From assembly GCF_018350175.1 (NCBI RefSeq), contig NC_058368.1, forward strand, positions 58,406,001-58,470,000: DNA of 64,000 bases. The letters run 5' to 3'. Shown here piece by piece: positions 37,169 to 49,513 of the stretch. The position numbers and the translations under genes are program-made. The notes below the pieces were generated by a model. It ran no database searches, was not told the origin of the DNA, and worked only from the letters and a program-made list of their open reading frames with translations. This stretch comes from Felis catus (lineage: Eukaryota). Positions within the stretch are counted from its first letter, which is position 1, and each line of letters opens with the position of its first letter.

Positions 37169-38139
37169 ATTGAAAAATAGAGCTAAATAGAGTTTAAAAT
37201 CATAAATATAATTAATGTTATTTGGTCACTTTATTATATTTTATTAAATATGACAAGTATATTTTGTCAAAACAAATTATTTCACTCCAAATTTAAGTAT
37301 TTCTAGAAAATATACATATTTTGAGAGTATACATTTGTCTTTTTACTCTATAGTCTTGTCACTTACATATATGTTTTCTGTTTTAACTGCCACAAGCTTT
37401 ATTTATTTATTTTTAACGGCCATAAGCTTTAAATTGAGTTCTCTTGGTGTATTTAACATAATGGATAAATTTATAAGGTTTTTTTCTTCCCTGAAAAAGT
37501 TATTGTTGGACAACTGGTTAAAAAATTAAGTGTCCATGCCCAAGGAAGAAAATATAGTAATGACTGTTTCTGAATTGAATAATTCCATCTTCAAAAGAAT
37601 ATATTTGCCTTTAATAGTGAAGAGAATATGCAATGACAGTGAAATTCCAGGGGGAGAAGAAAGAAAAAAAAATCTAATGATTTTGGTAATCTGCTGAGCC
37701 ATCCTCTTTATTTTGTTACATTTGAGGCAAATGAGTGGAGAGGAGTTTGGGAATTAGCTGCAGGTGAAACATAAAGCTATAAATCCACTTAAAATACAGA
37801 GCTTTCAAACAATCAAAACTGTTAAACACTGGCATGAGATTCTCTGTTGGTAGTAACTGAAATTCTTGTCACTGGAATTATTTACAACCTGAAGCTCTGT
37901 GAAGATGTGAAGTGAATTTGAGGATGGGCCTCTTGCACCAGGCAGATATTTCTCATAGGTAACCTGAAGCATCCCTCCAACATGAACAACACTGACTAGA
38001 GTACAGACAGTATTGGGGAATCTCTACCATCAAGACTACTTGGAGCTAATTCTGAAAGTGAAAGGTAGTGTTAGATGTTTAACTTGTTTATCAATGTGTC
38101 TCTATTTTATTTGTAGGATGAAAAATATTAAATAAAATG

Positions 38140-38960
38140 TTAAATATGACCAAGTAATATGGATAATACAAGATTCTCTAGGAATTAGAACACTGAATTT
38201 GAGGTATGAGGATGTGAGCCAGAGCACCCAAGAAAAGCATTAGGAAGGAGGTAGACTTGAGCTGAAGTTGATTCTTGGATTGGGAAAAAGGAGGTGATCT
38301 GGCAAAAAGAATTATAGTGATATCTGAGTATTGAGGGACAATGAAAAAATCAGCTTAATTGAAATAGAAGATTCTTTTAGGAGAATAGTGGTTGATAAAT
38401 TAAACTTAAAATGAACTACAGGCATACCTTGGAGATATTGTGGATTTGGTTCTTGATCACTGTAAGAAAGGGAATATCGCACTAAAAAGTCAGATGAAAA
38501 TTTGTTTTCCCAGTGCCTATAAAAGTTATATTTACACTTAATAGTAGTTTTTTAAGGGTGCATCAGCATTATGTCTAAAAAAAATGTATGAACCTTAATT
38601 AGAAAATATTGTATTGCTGAAAAGTGCTGACCATCATCTGAGCTTTTAACAAGTCATAATCATTGACCACAGATCACCATAAAAAATATAATAATAATGA
38701 AAATGTTTGAAATATTGTGGGAATTATGAGAGTGTGACACAGTCACAAAGTGGGCAGATGCTTTTGGAAAAAAATGCCACCAAAACCCGGTGTCGGGTTG
38801 CCACAAATCTTTAACTGTAAAAAACACAAACTCTACAAAACACAATAAAGCAAAACACAGTAAAATGAGGTATGCCTGTATTTTTATGCAATTTATTGTG
38901 GAGAATATTAAATACCAAAGTTAAGAAGTGTGATCTGAAGCCACTAAAGATTTCAAAACA
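38140..38960 (-). mobile_element. L2 fragment interrupted by a Tigger element
   Basis: ggaaggaggtagacttgagctgaagttga...; resumes after the Tigger with ccactaaagatttcaaaaca. Confidence 0.4.
38419..38878 (-). mobile_element. Tigger1-derived non-autonomous element (Tigger1a_Car-like), 460 bp
   Basis: TIRs CAGGCATACCT...AGGTATGCCTG flanked by TA at 38417-18 and 38879-80 (TcMar signature). Confidence 0.92.
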
Positions 38961-39514
38961 ATGGAAAGGCATTTTCTTCCAGAGTGAGATCTATCTGATA
39001 AACCAAGTCATATTCAGAAGATCATCGAGGGAGATACCAGCGCATCTTTTAATTCTGGATTGGGATTTACAGCCTAACCAATCCTGTCAAGACCCGGCCA
39101 ACCATTACGTGGAGTCATGTAGACACAGATTACACATGTGGCACTGCACTGAAGGAGTTAACACATATTGGAGGCACAGAGGAGCTACTTTCATTGTTTT
39201 TCCACTTGCTCCTTCCTTCCACAAGTAAATCACCTCTCGTAATCCCACAGAAACAATGTCCATTTTTCCCTGCAAGCTCTGTGTTCTTGCCAAGCCTGAC
39301 TGAGGGTGATACCCTTACTTAGTGGAGGACACTAAAACACTGAGACACTGAGACTTAAGTGGAACATTTAATGGCCCGATGGCATGAAAGAAAAATTCTT
39401 GAGCTCCTGTTTTTGAATGGGTCTGCATAAAACAAGCTCACACTGTCACCTCCTCACCACAGGATGTCAAACAACTTGAGCTTTATTCTAATTGTTGAAT
39501 ACTCAACATTGTCT

Positions 39515-39620
39515 CTTACAGTTGAATGTGCACAAAAACTAACCACAAAGTCTCTTATGTTTATGTTCTCATCCCACACTCAAGAATTCTGATTCAGCTT
39601 TGAGTTGGGGCCTGGGATTA
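39515..39620. mobile_element. MER5A-like fragment
   Basis: ttgaatgtgcacaaaaac...cccacactcaagaattctgattcag...ggggcctggga. Confidence 0.45.
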
Positions 39621-40721
39621 TTGTGACTTGGTTTGACTGCAGTGAATTTGGGGAAAAAGAAAAAAAACAGTATTTGCTGTACCCCTTAAAAAGTATGAAA
39701 TACTTTAAATTTCATGTTTAATTTCCTCTAAAAATCACTGTATCTTCAGAATATCTGAGCTTGGAATATGTTCAGTAATTCAGCAATTAAATTTTCAGGT
39801 TAAGGAAAGTTTGCTGCACATGTACACAATGGCAAGGTTAGGAGAAAACAAAAATTCTTTGAGACAATTGAAGTTACATTTTGTAAAATACAGCTTGCTC
39901 TTCAAGAAAAGAATTAAACTCACATCATACTACCTCCCTGGTATGTCCATGGTAAATTCTAATTTCAAAATTTGATTTCAAGAAACTGACAAGTAGGCCA
40001 CGAGCCCAAAGCCAAGTTCAGCTTCATGAATGCTGAAATAATAGGTATAAGTACATTCAATATGGAAATCCTTCAAAAATATTACGATAAAAGTCATTCT
40101 TACCTTTGCTCAGAGATTTAGAGTATCAAATGCTGTAGGGCTCAATTAAAATTTGTTCATGGATTCAGGGAATTTTTTTTAAATATATTTTTCTCCACCA
40201 TTATTTATTAGTCATCATCTCATGGAGAAATGTTCATCTCTAGTTTAATGGAAGAAGAGGTAACAGAAGTATGTCAATCATTCAAGAAATGAGTAAAATT
40301 TATGACAGGAAAAATATGTTGTCGTATTTAGAGATGACTACACAGTAATGTGTATACAAGGTTATAACTATTTCCAAAGATGTTTTATTAATTGCAATTC
40401 TCCATCTTTATCTCTTGTTTTTGCATATTGTTTAATGAACCAGAAGAGGAAAGCAGTTGCATAGAGGGCTTTGGGTATTTCTTTTAATGTATCACTTACA
40501 AATATCTACTTTGATCTTTCAAGTAAATTTTTCTCAAGACTTAGAGGCTGAGGCATACAACACCATTGCAGTAGGTGGGAAATCTCAAAAAGATAGGCAT
40601 AATAATGACAAAGGAAGCGTTACATATCTATATCTATATCTATATATTTATATCTATTCCTATATGTCTCTAGCTAGGGCTATATCTATCTTTCTACATG
40701 TATGTGGATAGATAGACACAG

Positions 40722-40840
40722 ATAGATATAGATATAGATATAGATATAGATATAGATATAGATATAGATATAGATATAGATATAGATATAGATATAGATA
40801 TAGATATAGATATATAGATATATATACACATATATATGTA

Positions 40841-40882
<42 letters not shown>
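40722..40882. repeat. Compound microsatellite (GATATA)n-(TG)n-(TA)n
   Basis: Directly visible; source of the YIYI and ISIS ORF-track entries. Confidence 0.95.
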
Positions 40883-40886
<4 letters not shown>

Positions 40887-41179
40887 GATTTCACAATTAA
40901 CCTGATTACTGATTTCATGCCACACAACACTTGATTTTGCAGGTATCTTCCTAAATGGTTAGTAAGAATTTGGAGAAAAAAGTAATTTTAAAATTGATCA
41001 GCTCAAATGAATTGGGACCAATAATTCAAAGAATTAATTCAAGAATAAATATTTATTGTACAGTGCAGTGATGCATTTTAGGCATATAATTTAAAAAGGG
41101 GACTGTGTGTTATTCCATGGTAATAAAAATAATTTAAAAATAAAATTTAGCCACAAATTATTGAGGACAGTATGTTAAT

Positions 41180-42235
41180 TTTTTTCTTTCCTTTTCATTT
41201 CTTTTTTTTTTACTTTCTATAATTTATTTATTTTTTTATAATTTACATCCAAGTTAGTTAGCACATGGTGCAACAATGATTTCAGGAATAGATTCCTTAA
41301 GCCCCTTTCCCATTTAGCCCATCCCCCCTCCCACAACCCCTCCAGCAAACCTCTGTTTGTTTTCTATATTTAGGAGTCTCTTACGTTTTCCCCCCCTCCC
41401 TGTTTTTATATTATTTTTTCTTCCCTTCTCTTATGTTCATCTGTTTTGTATCTTAAAGCCCTTATAGGAGTGAAGTCATATGATATTTGTCTTTCTCTGA
41501 CTCATTTCGCTTAGCATAATACCCTCTAGTTCCATCCACATAGTTGCAAATGGCAAGATTTCATTCTTTTTGATTTCCAAGTAGTACTGCATTGTATGTA
41601 TACATACCACATCTCTTTATCCATTCATCCATTGATGGACATTTGGGTTCTTTCCATACTATGGCTATTGTCGATAGTGCTGCTATAAACATTGAGGTGC
41701 ATGTGTCCCTTTGAAACAGCACACCTGTATCCCTTTGATAAATACCTAGTAGTGCAATTGCTGGGTTATAGGGTCGTTCAATTTTTAATTTTTTCAGGAA
41801 CCTCCATACTCTTTTCCATAGAGACTGCAACAGTTTGCATTTCCACCAGCAGTGCAAAAGAGATTCTCCTTCTTCGCATCCTCACCAGTGTCTGTTGTTG
41901 CCTGAGTTGTTAATGTTAGCCATTCTGACAAGTGTGAGGTGGTATCTCATTGTGGTTTTGGTTTGATTTCCCAGGTGATGAGTGATGTTGAGCATTTTTT
42001 CATGTGTCGGTTGGCCATCTGGATGTCTTCTCTGGAGAAGTGTCTATTCATGTCTTTTGCCCATTTCTTCACTGGATTATTTGTTTTCTGGGTGTTGAGT
42101 TTGGCAAGTTCTTTATAGATTTTGGATACTAACCCTTTGTCTGATATGTCTTTTGCAAATATCTTCTCCCATTTCATCGGTTGCCTTTTAGTTTTGCTGA
42201 TTGTGTCCTCTGTGCAGAAGCTTTTGTTTTGATGA
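41180..42235 (-). mobile_element. 5'-truncated felid-type L1 (~1 kb)
   Basis: ORFs 41561..41857 (HCWWKCKL) and 41947..42177 (WEKIFA...[12 protein letters not shown]) are L1 ORF2 C-terminus; very similar to 43270-44325. Confidence 0.95.
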
Positions 42236-42404
42236 ATTAATAGTTCTATAACATTTTACACTGATGTTCCTACACAAACATATCCTATTAAATTGTCAAA
42301 ATGTATCATTTTATGTTTCTAAATCACTTATTTGACATTAGACTGTTCAAACAACTTGAGTTGCATAAATTAAACTTTAAAAAAAATGGGTAAAAAAATG
42401 GGTA

Positions 42405-42625
42405 GGGGCGCCTGGGTGGCTCAGTCGGTTGAGAGTCCAACTTTGGCTCAGGTCATGATTTCACAGTTCGTGGGTTTGAGCCCCACATCAGGCTCTGTGC
42501 TGACCACTTGCTCAGAGCTTGGAACCTGCTTCAGATTTTGTGCCTCCTTCTCTCTCTGCCCCTCCCCCACTCACACTTTGTCTCACTCTGTTTCTCAAAA
42601 ATAAATAAATTAAAAAAAAAATTTT
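42405..42625 (+). mobile_element. CAN-SINE (SINEC_Fc-like)
   Basis: ggggcgcctgggtggctcagtcggtt...aaaaataaataaattaaaaaaa; flanking AAATGGG repeats. Confidence 0.93.
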
Positions 42626-42790
42626 AAATGGGCATACAGATGAATGTGACTAGAGCAGATCTCAGGGTAAATCTGAGCTAGTAATAAAGCTTGTAGGAAT
42701 ATATAAATGCAACTCTGTGAGCTTTCAGTAGGTTTAAATATGGCTACTGCTCCTGGAGATATGTTTAAATGTCGTTAAATGTTTAAAATT

Positions 42791-43000
42791 TTTTTTTCAA
42801 CGTTTATTTATTTTTGGGACAGAGAGAGACAGAGCATGAACGGGGGAGGGGCAGAGAGAGAGGGAGACACAGAATCGGAAACAGGCTCCAGGCTCTGAGC
42901 CATCAGCCCAGAGCCTGACACGGGGCTCAAACTAAGGGACCGCGAGATCATGACCTGGCTGAAGTCGGACGCTTAACCGACTGCGCCACCCAGGCGCCCC
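42791..43000 (-). mobile_element. Young felid SINEC_Fc
   Basis: CpG-rich; 21-bp direct repeat TGTCGTTAAATGTTTAAAATT at 42770-42790 and 43001-43021. Confidence 0.95.
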
Positions 43001-43546
43001 TGTCGTTAAATGTTTAAAATTCTGATGAATAATTTTCTTGATCGACTGTCTTCTTTTTTTTTTAGAAACAATGTGCATATATATTTATACATACCTGCTG
43101 TATTTTTCAAGAACTTGGGTCTAAAATTGGCTATAGTTTTATTTGTTGGGTCTCCTAAACTTTGAAACAATACTTTTTAGATCTACAAAAGGAGAGTGGT
43201 GTCCAACTAAGACCAATGTCAAAGAAAGCCAAGAGCTCTCAGGTCTAGGCTTAGCTCTGTTCAGTATTTTTTTTTTAATTTTAACTTGTTTTACTTTTTT
43301 ATTTATTTTAAATTTACATCCAAATTAGTTAGCACATGGTGCAACAATTATTTCAGGAGTAGATTCCTTAGTGCCCCTTACCCATTTATCCCATTCCCCT
43401 CCCACAACCCCTCCCATAACCTTCAGTGTGTTCTCCATATTTATGAGTCTCTTTTGTTTTGTCCCCTTCCCTGTTTTAACATTATTTTTGTTTCCCTTCC
43501 CTTATGTTCATCTGTTTTGTCTCTAAAAGTCCTCATATGAGTGAAA

Positions 43547-43673
43547 TCATATGATTTTTGTCTTTCTCTGACTAATTTCACTTAGCATAATACCCTCCAG
43601 TTCCATCCATGTAGTTGCAAATGGCAAGATTTCATTCTTTTGTGTATATATATATATACATATATATATATAC

Positions 43674-43708
<35 letters not shown>

Positions 43709-46700
43709 TATTCCCATTCATCCATCAGTGGACATTTGGGCTCTTTCCATACTTGGCTACTGTTGATAGTGCTACTATAAACATGGGGGTGCATGTGTAC
43801 CTTCGAAACAGTACCTGTATTCCTTGGATAAATGCCTATTAGTGCAATTGCTGGGTCGTAGGGTAGTTCTATTTTTAGTTTTTTGAGGAACCTCCATACT
43901 GTTTTCCAGAGTGGCTACATAGGCTTGCATTCCCACCAATAATGCAAAAGAGATCCTTTTTCTCCTCATCCTTGCCGACATCTGTTGTTGCCTGAGTTGT
44001 TAATGTTAGCCATTCTGACAGGTGTAAGGTGGTATCTCATTGTGGTTTTGATTTGTATTTCCCTGATGATGAATGATGTTGAGCATTTTTTCATGTGTCG
44101 GTTGGCCATCTGGATGTCTTCTTTGGAGAAGTGTCTATCCATGTGTTTTGCCATTTCTTCACTGGATTATTTGTTTTTTGGGTGTTGAGTTTGGTAAGTT
44201 GTTTATAGATTTTGGATACTAACCCTTTATCTGATATGTCGTTTGCAAATATCTTCTCCCATTCTGTCGGTCGCCTTTTAGTTTTGCTGACTGTTTCCTT
44301 TGCTGTGCAGGTTTTATTTTGATGAGGTCCCAGTAGTTTATTTTTGCTTTTGTTTCCCTTACCTCCAGAGATGTGTTGAGTAAGAAATTGCTCAAAGAGG
44401 TTTTTGTCAAAGAGGTTTTTGCCTGCTTTCTCCTTAAGGATTTTGATGGCTTCCTATGTTACATTTAGGTCTTTCACCCACTTTCAGTTTATTTTTGTGT
44501 ATGGTGTAAGAAGGTGGTCCAGGTTCATTCTACTGCATGTCACTGTCCAGTTTTCCCAGCACCACTTGCTGAAGAGACTGTCTTTATTTTATTGGATATT
44601 CTTTCCTGCTTTGTCAAAGATTAGTTGGCCATACGTTTGTGGGTCCATTTCTGGGTTCTCTATTCTGTTCCATTGATCTGAGTGTTTTTGTGCCAGTACC
44701 ATACTCTCTTGATGATTACAGCTTTGTAGTATAACTTGAAGTCTGGGATTGTGATGCCTCCTGCTTTGGTTTTCTTTGTCAAGATCGCTTTGGCTATTGG
44801 GGGTCTTTTCTGGTTCTGTACAAATTTTAGGATTATTTGTTCTAGCTCTGTGAAGAATGTTGGTGTTATTTTGATAGGGATTGCCTTGAATGTGTAGATT
44901 GATTTGGGTAGTATTGACATTTTAATATTTGTTCTTCCTATCCAGGAGCATGGAATCTTTTTCTTTTTTTGTGTCTTCTTCAATTTCTTTCATAAGCTTT
45001 CTATAGTTTTCAGTGTATAGATTTTTTGCCTCTTTGGTTAAATTTATTCTTAGGTATTTTATAAGTTTTTTGTGCAACTGTAAGTGGGGTCGATTCCTTG
45101 ATTTCTCTTTCTGTCGCTTCGTTGTTGGTGTATAGGAATGCAACCAGAATGCAGTGCTTCTGTGTGTTGATTTTATTTCCTGCAACTTTGCTGAATTCAT
45201 GATTCAATTCTAACAGTTTTTTGGTGAAATCTTTTGGGTTTTCCATACAGAGTATCATGTCATCTGCGAAGAGTGAAAGTTCCACCTCCTCCTGGCTGAT
45301 TTGGATGACTTTTATTTCTTTGTGTTGTCTGATTGCAGAGGGTAAGAATTCCAATACTAAGTTGAATAACATGGTGAGAGTGGACATCCCTATCTTGTTC
45401 TTGACCTTAGGGGGAAAATTCTCAGTTTTTCCCCATTGAGGATGATATTAGCATTGGTTCATTCATATATGGCCTTTATGATCCCGAGGTATGCTTCTTC
45501 GATCCCTAATTTCTTGAGGGTTTTTATCAGGAAAGGATGTTGTATTTTGTCAAATGCTTTCTCTGCATCTATTGAGAGAATCATATAGTTCTTGTCCTTT
45601 CTTTTATTGATGTGATGAATCACGTAATTGTTTTGCAGATACTGAACCAGCCCTGCATCCCAGATATAAATCCCACTTGGTCATGGTGAATAATTTTTTT
45701 AATGTATTGTTGGATCCGGTTGGCTACTATCTTGCTGAGGATTTTTGCATCCACGTTGATCAGGGAAATTGGTCTATAGTTCTCCTTTTTAGTGGGGTCT
45801 CCATCTGGTTTTGGAATCAAAGTAATGCTGGCTTCATAAAAATAGTTTGGAAGTTTTCCTTCCATTTGTATTTTTTGGAACAGCTTCAAGAGAATAGGTG
45901 TTAACTCTTCCTTAAATGTTTGGTAGAATTCCCCTGAAAAGCCATCTGACTGTGGACTCTTGTTTTTTGGGAGATTTTTGATTACTGATTTGATTTCCTT
46001 CCTGGTTATGGGTCTGTTCAAATTTTCTATTTCTTCCTGTTTCAATTTTGGTAGTGTATATGTTTCTAGGAATTTGTCCATTTCTTCCAGATTGCCCATT
46101 TTATTGGCACATAATTGCTCATAATATTCTCTTATCATTGTTTTTATTTCTGCTCTGTTGGTTGTGATCTCTTCTCTTTCATTCTTGATTTAATTTATTT
46201 GCACCCTTTCCTTTTTCTTCTTGATCAAACTGACTAGTGGTTTATCAATTTTGTTAATTCTTTCAAAGAACAAGCTTCTGGTTTCATTGATCTGTTCTGT
46301 TTTTTTGGTTTCGATAGCATTAATTTCTGCTCTAATCTTTATTATTTCCTATCTTCTGTTGGTTTTGGGTTTTATTTGCTGTTCTTTTTCCAGCTCCTTA
46401 AGGTATAAGGTTAGGTTGTATATCTGAGATCTTTCTTCCTTCTTTAAGAAGGCCTGGATTGCTATATACTTTCCTCTTATGACTGCCTTTGCTGCATCCC
46501 AGAGGTTTTGGGTAATTTTCATTGACTTCCATATACTTTTTTAATTTCCTCTTTAACTTCTTGGTTAACCCATTCATTCTTTAGTAGGATGTTCTTCAGT
46601 CTCCAAGTTTTTGTTACCTTTCCAAATTTTTTCTTGTGGTTGATTTCGAGGTTCATAGCATTGTGGTCTGAAAATATGCACAATATGATCTCTATCCTTT

Positions 46701-47334
46701 TGTACTTACTTAGGGCTGATTTGTGTCCCAGTATATGGTCTATTCTGGAGAATGTTCCATGTGCACTGGAGAAGAATGTATATTTTGCTGCTTTAGGATG
46801 AAATGTTCTGAATATATCTGTTAAGTCCATCTGGTCCAATGTGTCTTTCAAAGCCATTGTTTCCTTGTTGATTTTTTTATTAGATGATCTGTCCATTGCT
46901 GTGAGCGGGGTGTTGAAGTCTCCTACTATTATGGTATTACTATCGATGAGTTTCTTTATGTTTGTGATTGATTTATATATTTGGGTGCTACCACATTTGG
47001 TGCTTAAATGTTTACAAATGTTAGGGCCTCTTTGGGGATAGACCCCTTAATTATGATATAAGGCCCTTCTGCAACTGTTGATATAGTTTTTATTTTAAAG
47101 TCTAGATTGTCTGATATAAGTATGGCTACTCTGGGTTTCTTTTGTTGACCATTAGCATGATAGATCCCCTTACTTTCAATCTGAAGGTTTCTTTCAGTCT
47201 AAAGTGAGTCTCTTCTAAACAGCATACAGATGGATCTTATTTTCTTATCCATTCTGTTACCCCTGTCTTTTGATTGGAGCATTGAGTCCATTGACATTTA
47301 GAGTGGGTACTAAAAAATATGAATTTATTGCCAT
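43547..47334 (-). pseudogene. L1 ORF2 (endonuclease/reverse transcriptase), disrupted by frameshifts and stops
   Basis: Start MAINSYFLVPTLNVNGLNAPIKR; EN motifs TFFSSAHGTFSRIDH and FSDH; RT motifs [14 protein letters not shown] and LFADDM; split over many short ORFs. Confidence 0.95.
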
Positions 47335-47399
47335 TATGATGCTTGTAGAGTTGGAGTTTCTGGTAATGTTCTCTGGTCCTTTTTCATCTTTGTTTCTTT

Positions 47400-47476
47400 A
47401 CATATGTGTATATATATACGTATACACACACACACACATGCATGCACGCACACACACACACATATATATATACATA

Positions 47477-47530
<54 letters not shown>

Positions 47531-47531
47531 T
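47400..47531. repeat. (TA)n/(CA)n compound microsatellite in the L1 inter-ORF spacer
   Basis: Lies between the ORF1 stop (47547) and the ORF2 start (47334). Confidence 0.9.
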
Positions 47532-47546
47532 TCATCTTTTCTCCCC

Positions 47547-48425
47547 TCAGAGAGTCCCCCTTAAAATTTTTTGCAGGGCTGGTTTAGTGGTCACAAACTC
47601 CTTTAATTTTTGTTTGTCTGGGAAACTTTTTATCTCTCCTTCTATTTTGAATGACAGCCTTGCTGGATAAAGAATTCTTGGTTGCAGATTTTTATGATTC
47701 AGCACATTGAATATATCCTGCCACTCCTTTCTGGCCTGTCAAGTTTCCGTGGATAGGTCTGCTGCAAACCTGATCTGTCTTTCCTTGTAGGTTAGTGACT
47801 TTTTTTCCCTTGCTGCTTTCATGATTCTCTCCTTGCCTGAGTATTTTGTGAATTTGACTATGATATGCCTTGTTGATGGTTGTTTTTTGTTGAATATAAT
47901 GGGGGTCCTCAGTGCTTCCTGGATTTTGGTATCTGTGTCTTTCCCCAGGTTAGGAAAGTTTTCCGCTATGATTTGCTCACATAACCCTTCTACCCCTATT
48001 TCTTTCTCTTCCTTTTCTGGGACCCCTGTGATTCTGATGTTGCTCCTTTTTAATGAGTCACTGATTTCTCTAATTCTTCAAATCATGCTCTTTTGCCTTC
48101 ATCTCCCTCTTTTTTTCTGCTTCATTATTCTTCATAAGTTTGTTCTGTATATCACTGATTCTCTGTTCTGCCTCATCCATCCTTGCCGCCGCTTCATCCA
48201 TCCATGATTGCAGCTCAGTTATAGCATTTTTAATTTCATTCTGTTTTTTACTTCTTTTATCTCTACAGAAAGGGATTCTAATCTCTTTCGGACTCCAGCT
48301 AGTATTCTTATTTTCATGATTCTAAATTCTGGTTCAGACATCTTGCTTGTATCTGTGTTGGTTAAATCCCTGGCTGTTGTTTCTTTGTGCTCTTTCTTTT
48401 GGGGTGAATTCCTTCATTTAGTCAT
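47547..48425 (-). pseudogene. L1 ORF1 (RNA-binding protein), disrupted
   Basis: Starts MTK*RNSPQKKE...DTSKMSEPEFRI; ends [21 protein letters not shown]; stop at codon 4 and a later frameshift. Confidence 0.9.
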
Positions 48426-48631
48426 TTTGAAGGGGGAAAAGAAATTAATGATGTAGAAAAATTAAAATTGAAAAAAATTAAAAAAATATTAAAGTTGAAA
48501 ATTAAAAACACACACCCACACAAAATTTGAATAGATGATGCTAGATCCTAGGTGTGTTTTGGTCTGGGTGTTGAAAGTGGTTTGGCAGATTAGAGAAAAA
48601 AAAAGGGGGGAGGAGGAAATAATCTGAGAAC

Positions 48632-49270
48632 TTGAAAAAATGAATACACTGAAGTAGACTAAAATGAGATGATGGGAGTAAAATAGAATTTGAAAAAAAT
48701 TACAAAAAAGTAAAGAATATGGTAGGAAAAATTAAAGAAAAATATTTTTAAAATAAAAATGAACTTTTCTCTTTGTATTCAAGAAAAAGAAAAGAAATGA
48801 AAAAGGAAAAAAGAGAGAAAAAAGAAATCGTTTGAAAATTTGAAAAAATGAATACACTGTAGTAGACTAAAATAAAATGATGGAAGTAAAGTAGACTTTG
48901 AAAAAATTTACATAAAAGCAAAAACATATAGTAAAAAATTAAAGAAAAATACTTTTAATATAAATTGAAAGTAAAAATGAAGTTTTTCTCTTCCTGCATT
49001 CAAGAAAAAGAAAAGAAACGAAAAAGAGAAAAAAAGAAAAAGAAAAAAGGAAATCGTTTGTAAATTTGAAAAGGTGAATACACTGAAGTAGACTAAAATA
49101 AAATGATCGAAGTAAGATATAATTTGAAAAAATTTATACAAAAGTAAAAATATAGTAAAAAAATTAAAGAAAAAAATATTTTTACTAAAATTGAAAATAA
49201 AAATGAATTTTTTCTTTTTCTGTATTCCAGAAAAAGAAAAGTAGAGTAAAAGAGAAAAAGAAAGAAAATT
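48632..49270. repeat. Three ~210-225 bp tandem units in the L1 5'UTR
   Basis: Anchor GAATACACTGWAGTAGACTAAAAT at 48642, 48850 and 49076. Confidence 0.9.
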
Positions 49271-49443
49271 GAATAGATGGACCTGCTGACAGATTGAAAT
49301 AGGACTGAAATTACTTCATTTTCCTCTAGAAGTCAGACTATGTAGTGCTTTATAGTCCATAAACCAAGTAGCCTTTAAGACTTGTGTTCTTGAAGAGCCA
49401 TGTTGGCCCAGTAGGGTGGGGCTCAGTGTAATGGCTCCGTTCT

Positions 49444-49457
49444 CCACTAGATGGCGC
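49444..49457 (+). promoter_or_regulatory. CTCF consensus motif in the L1 5'UTR
   Basis: CCACTAGATGGCGC matches CCASYAGRKGGCRS at every position; binding not shown. Confidence 0.6.
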
Positions 49458-49502
49458 TGCTAGCCTCCTGGGATGGAGTGTTGTGGTGCTCTTAGGTGCA
49501 TA

Positions 49503-49513
49503 TGCGCATGCGC
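49503..49513. promoter_or_regulatory. NRF1 motif in the L1 5'UTR
   Basis: TGCGCATGCGC; binding not shown. Confidence 0.5.

Noticed and set aside
40686..40930. ORFs with YIYI/ISIS repeats
   Set aside because: Translations of a microsatellite
43547..48425. Retrotransposition-competent L1
   Set aside because: Multiple frameshifts and stops in both ORFs
45677..48456. Plus-strand hydrophobic ORFs that look like membrane proteins
   Set aside because: Antisense translations of A-rich L1 coding sequence
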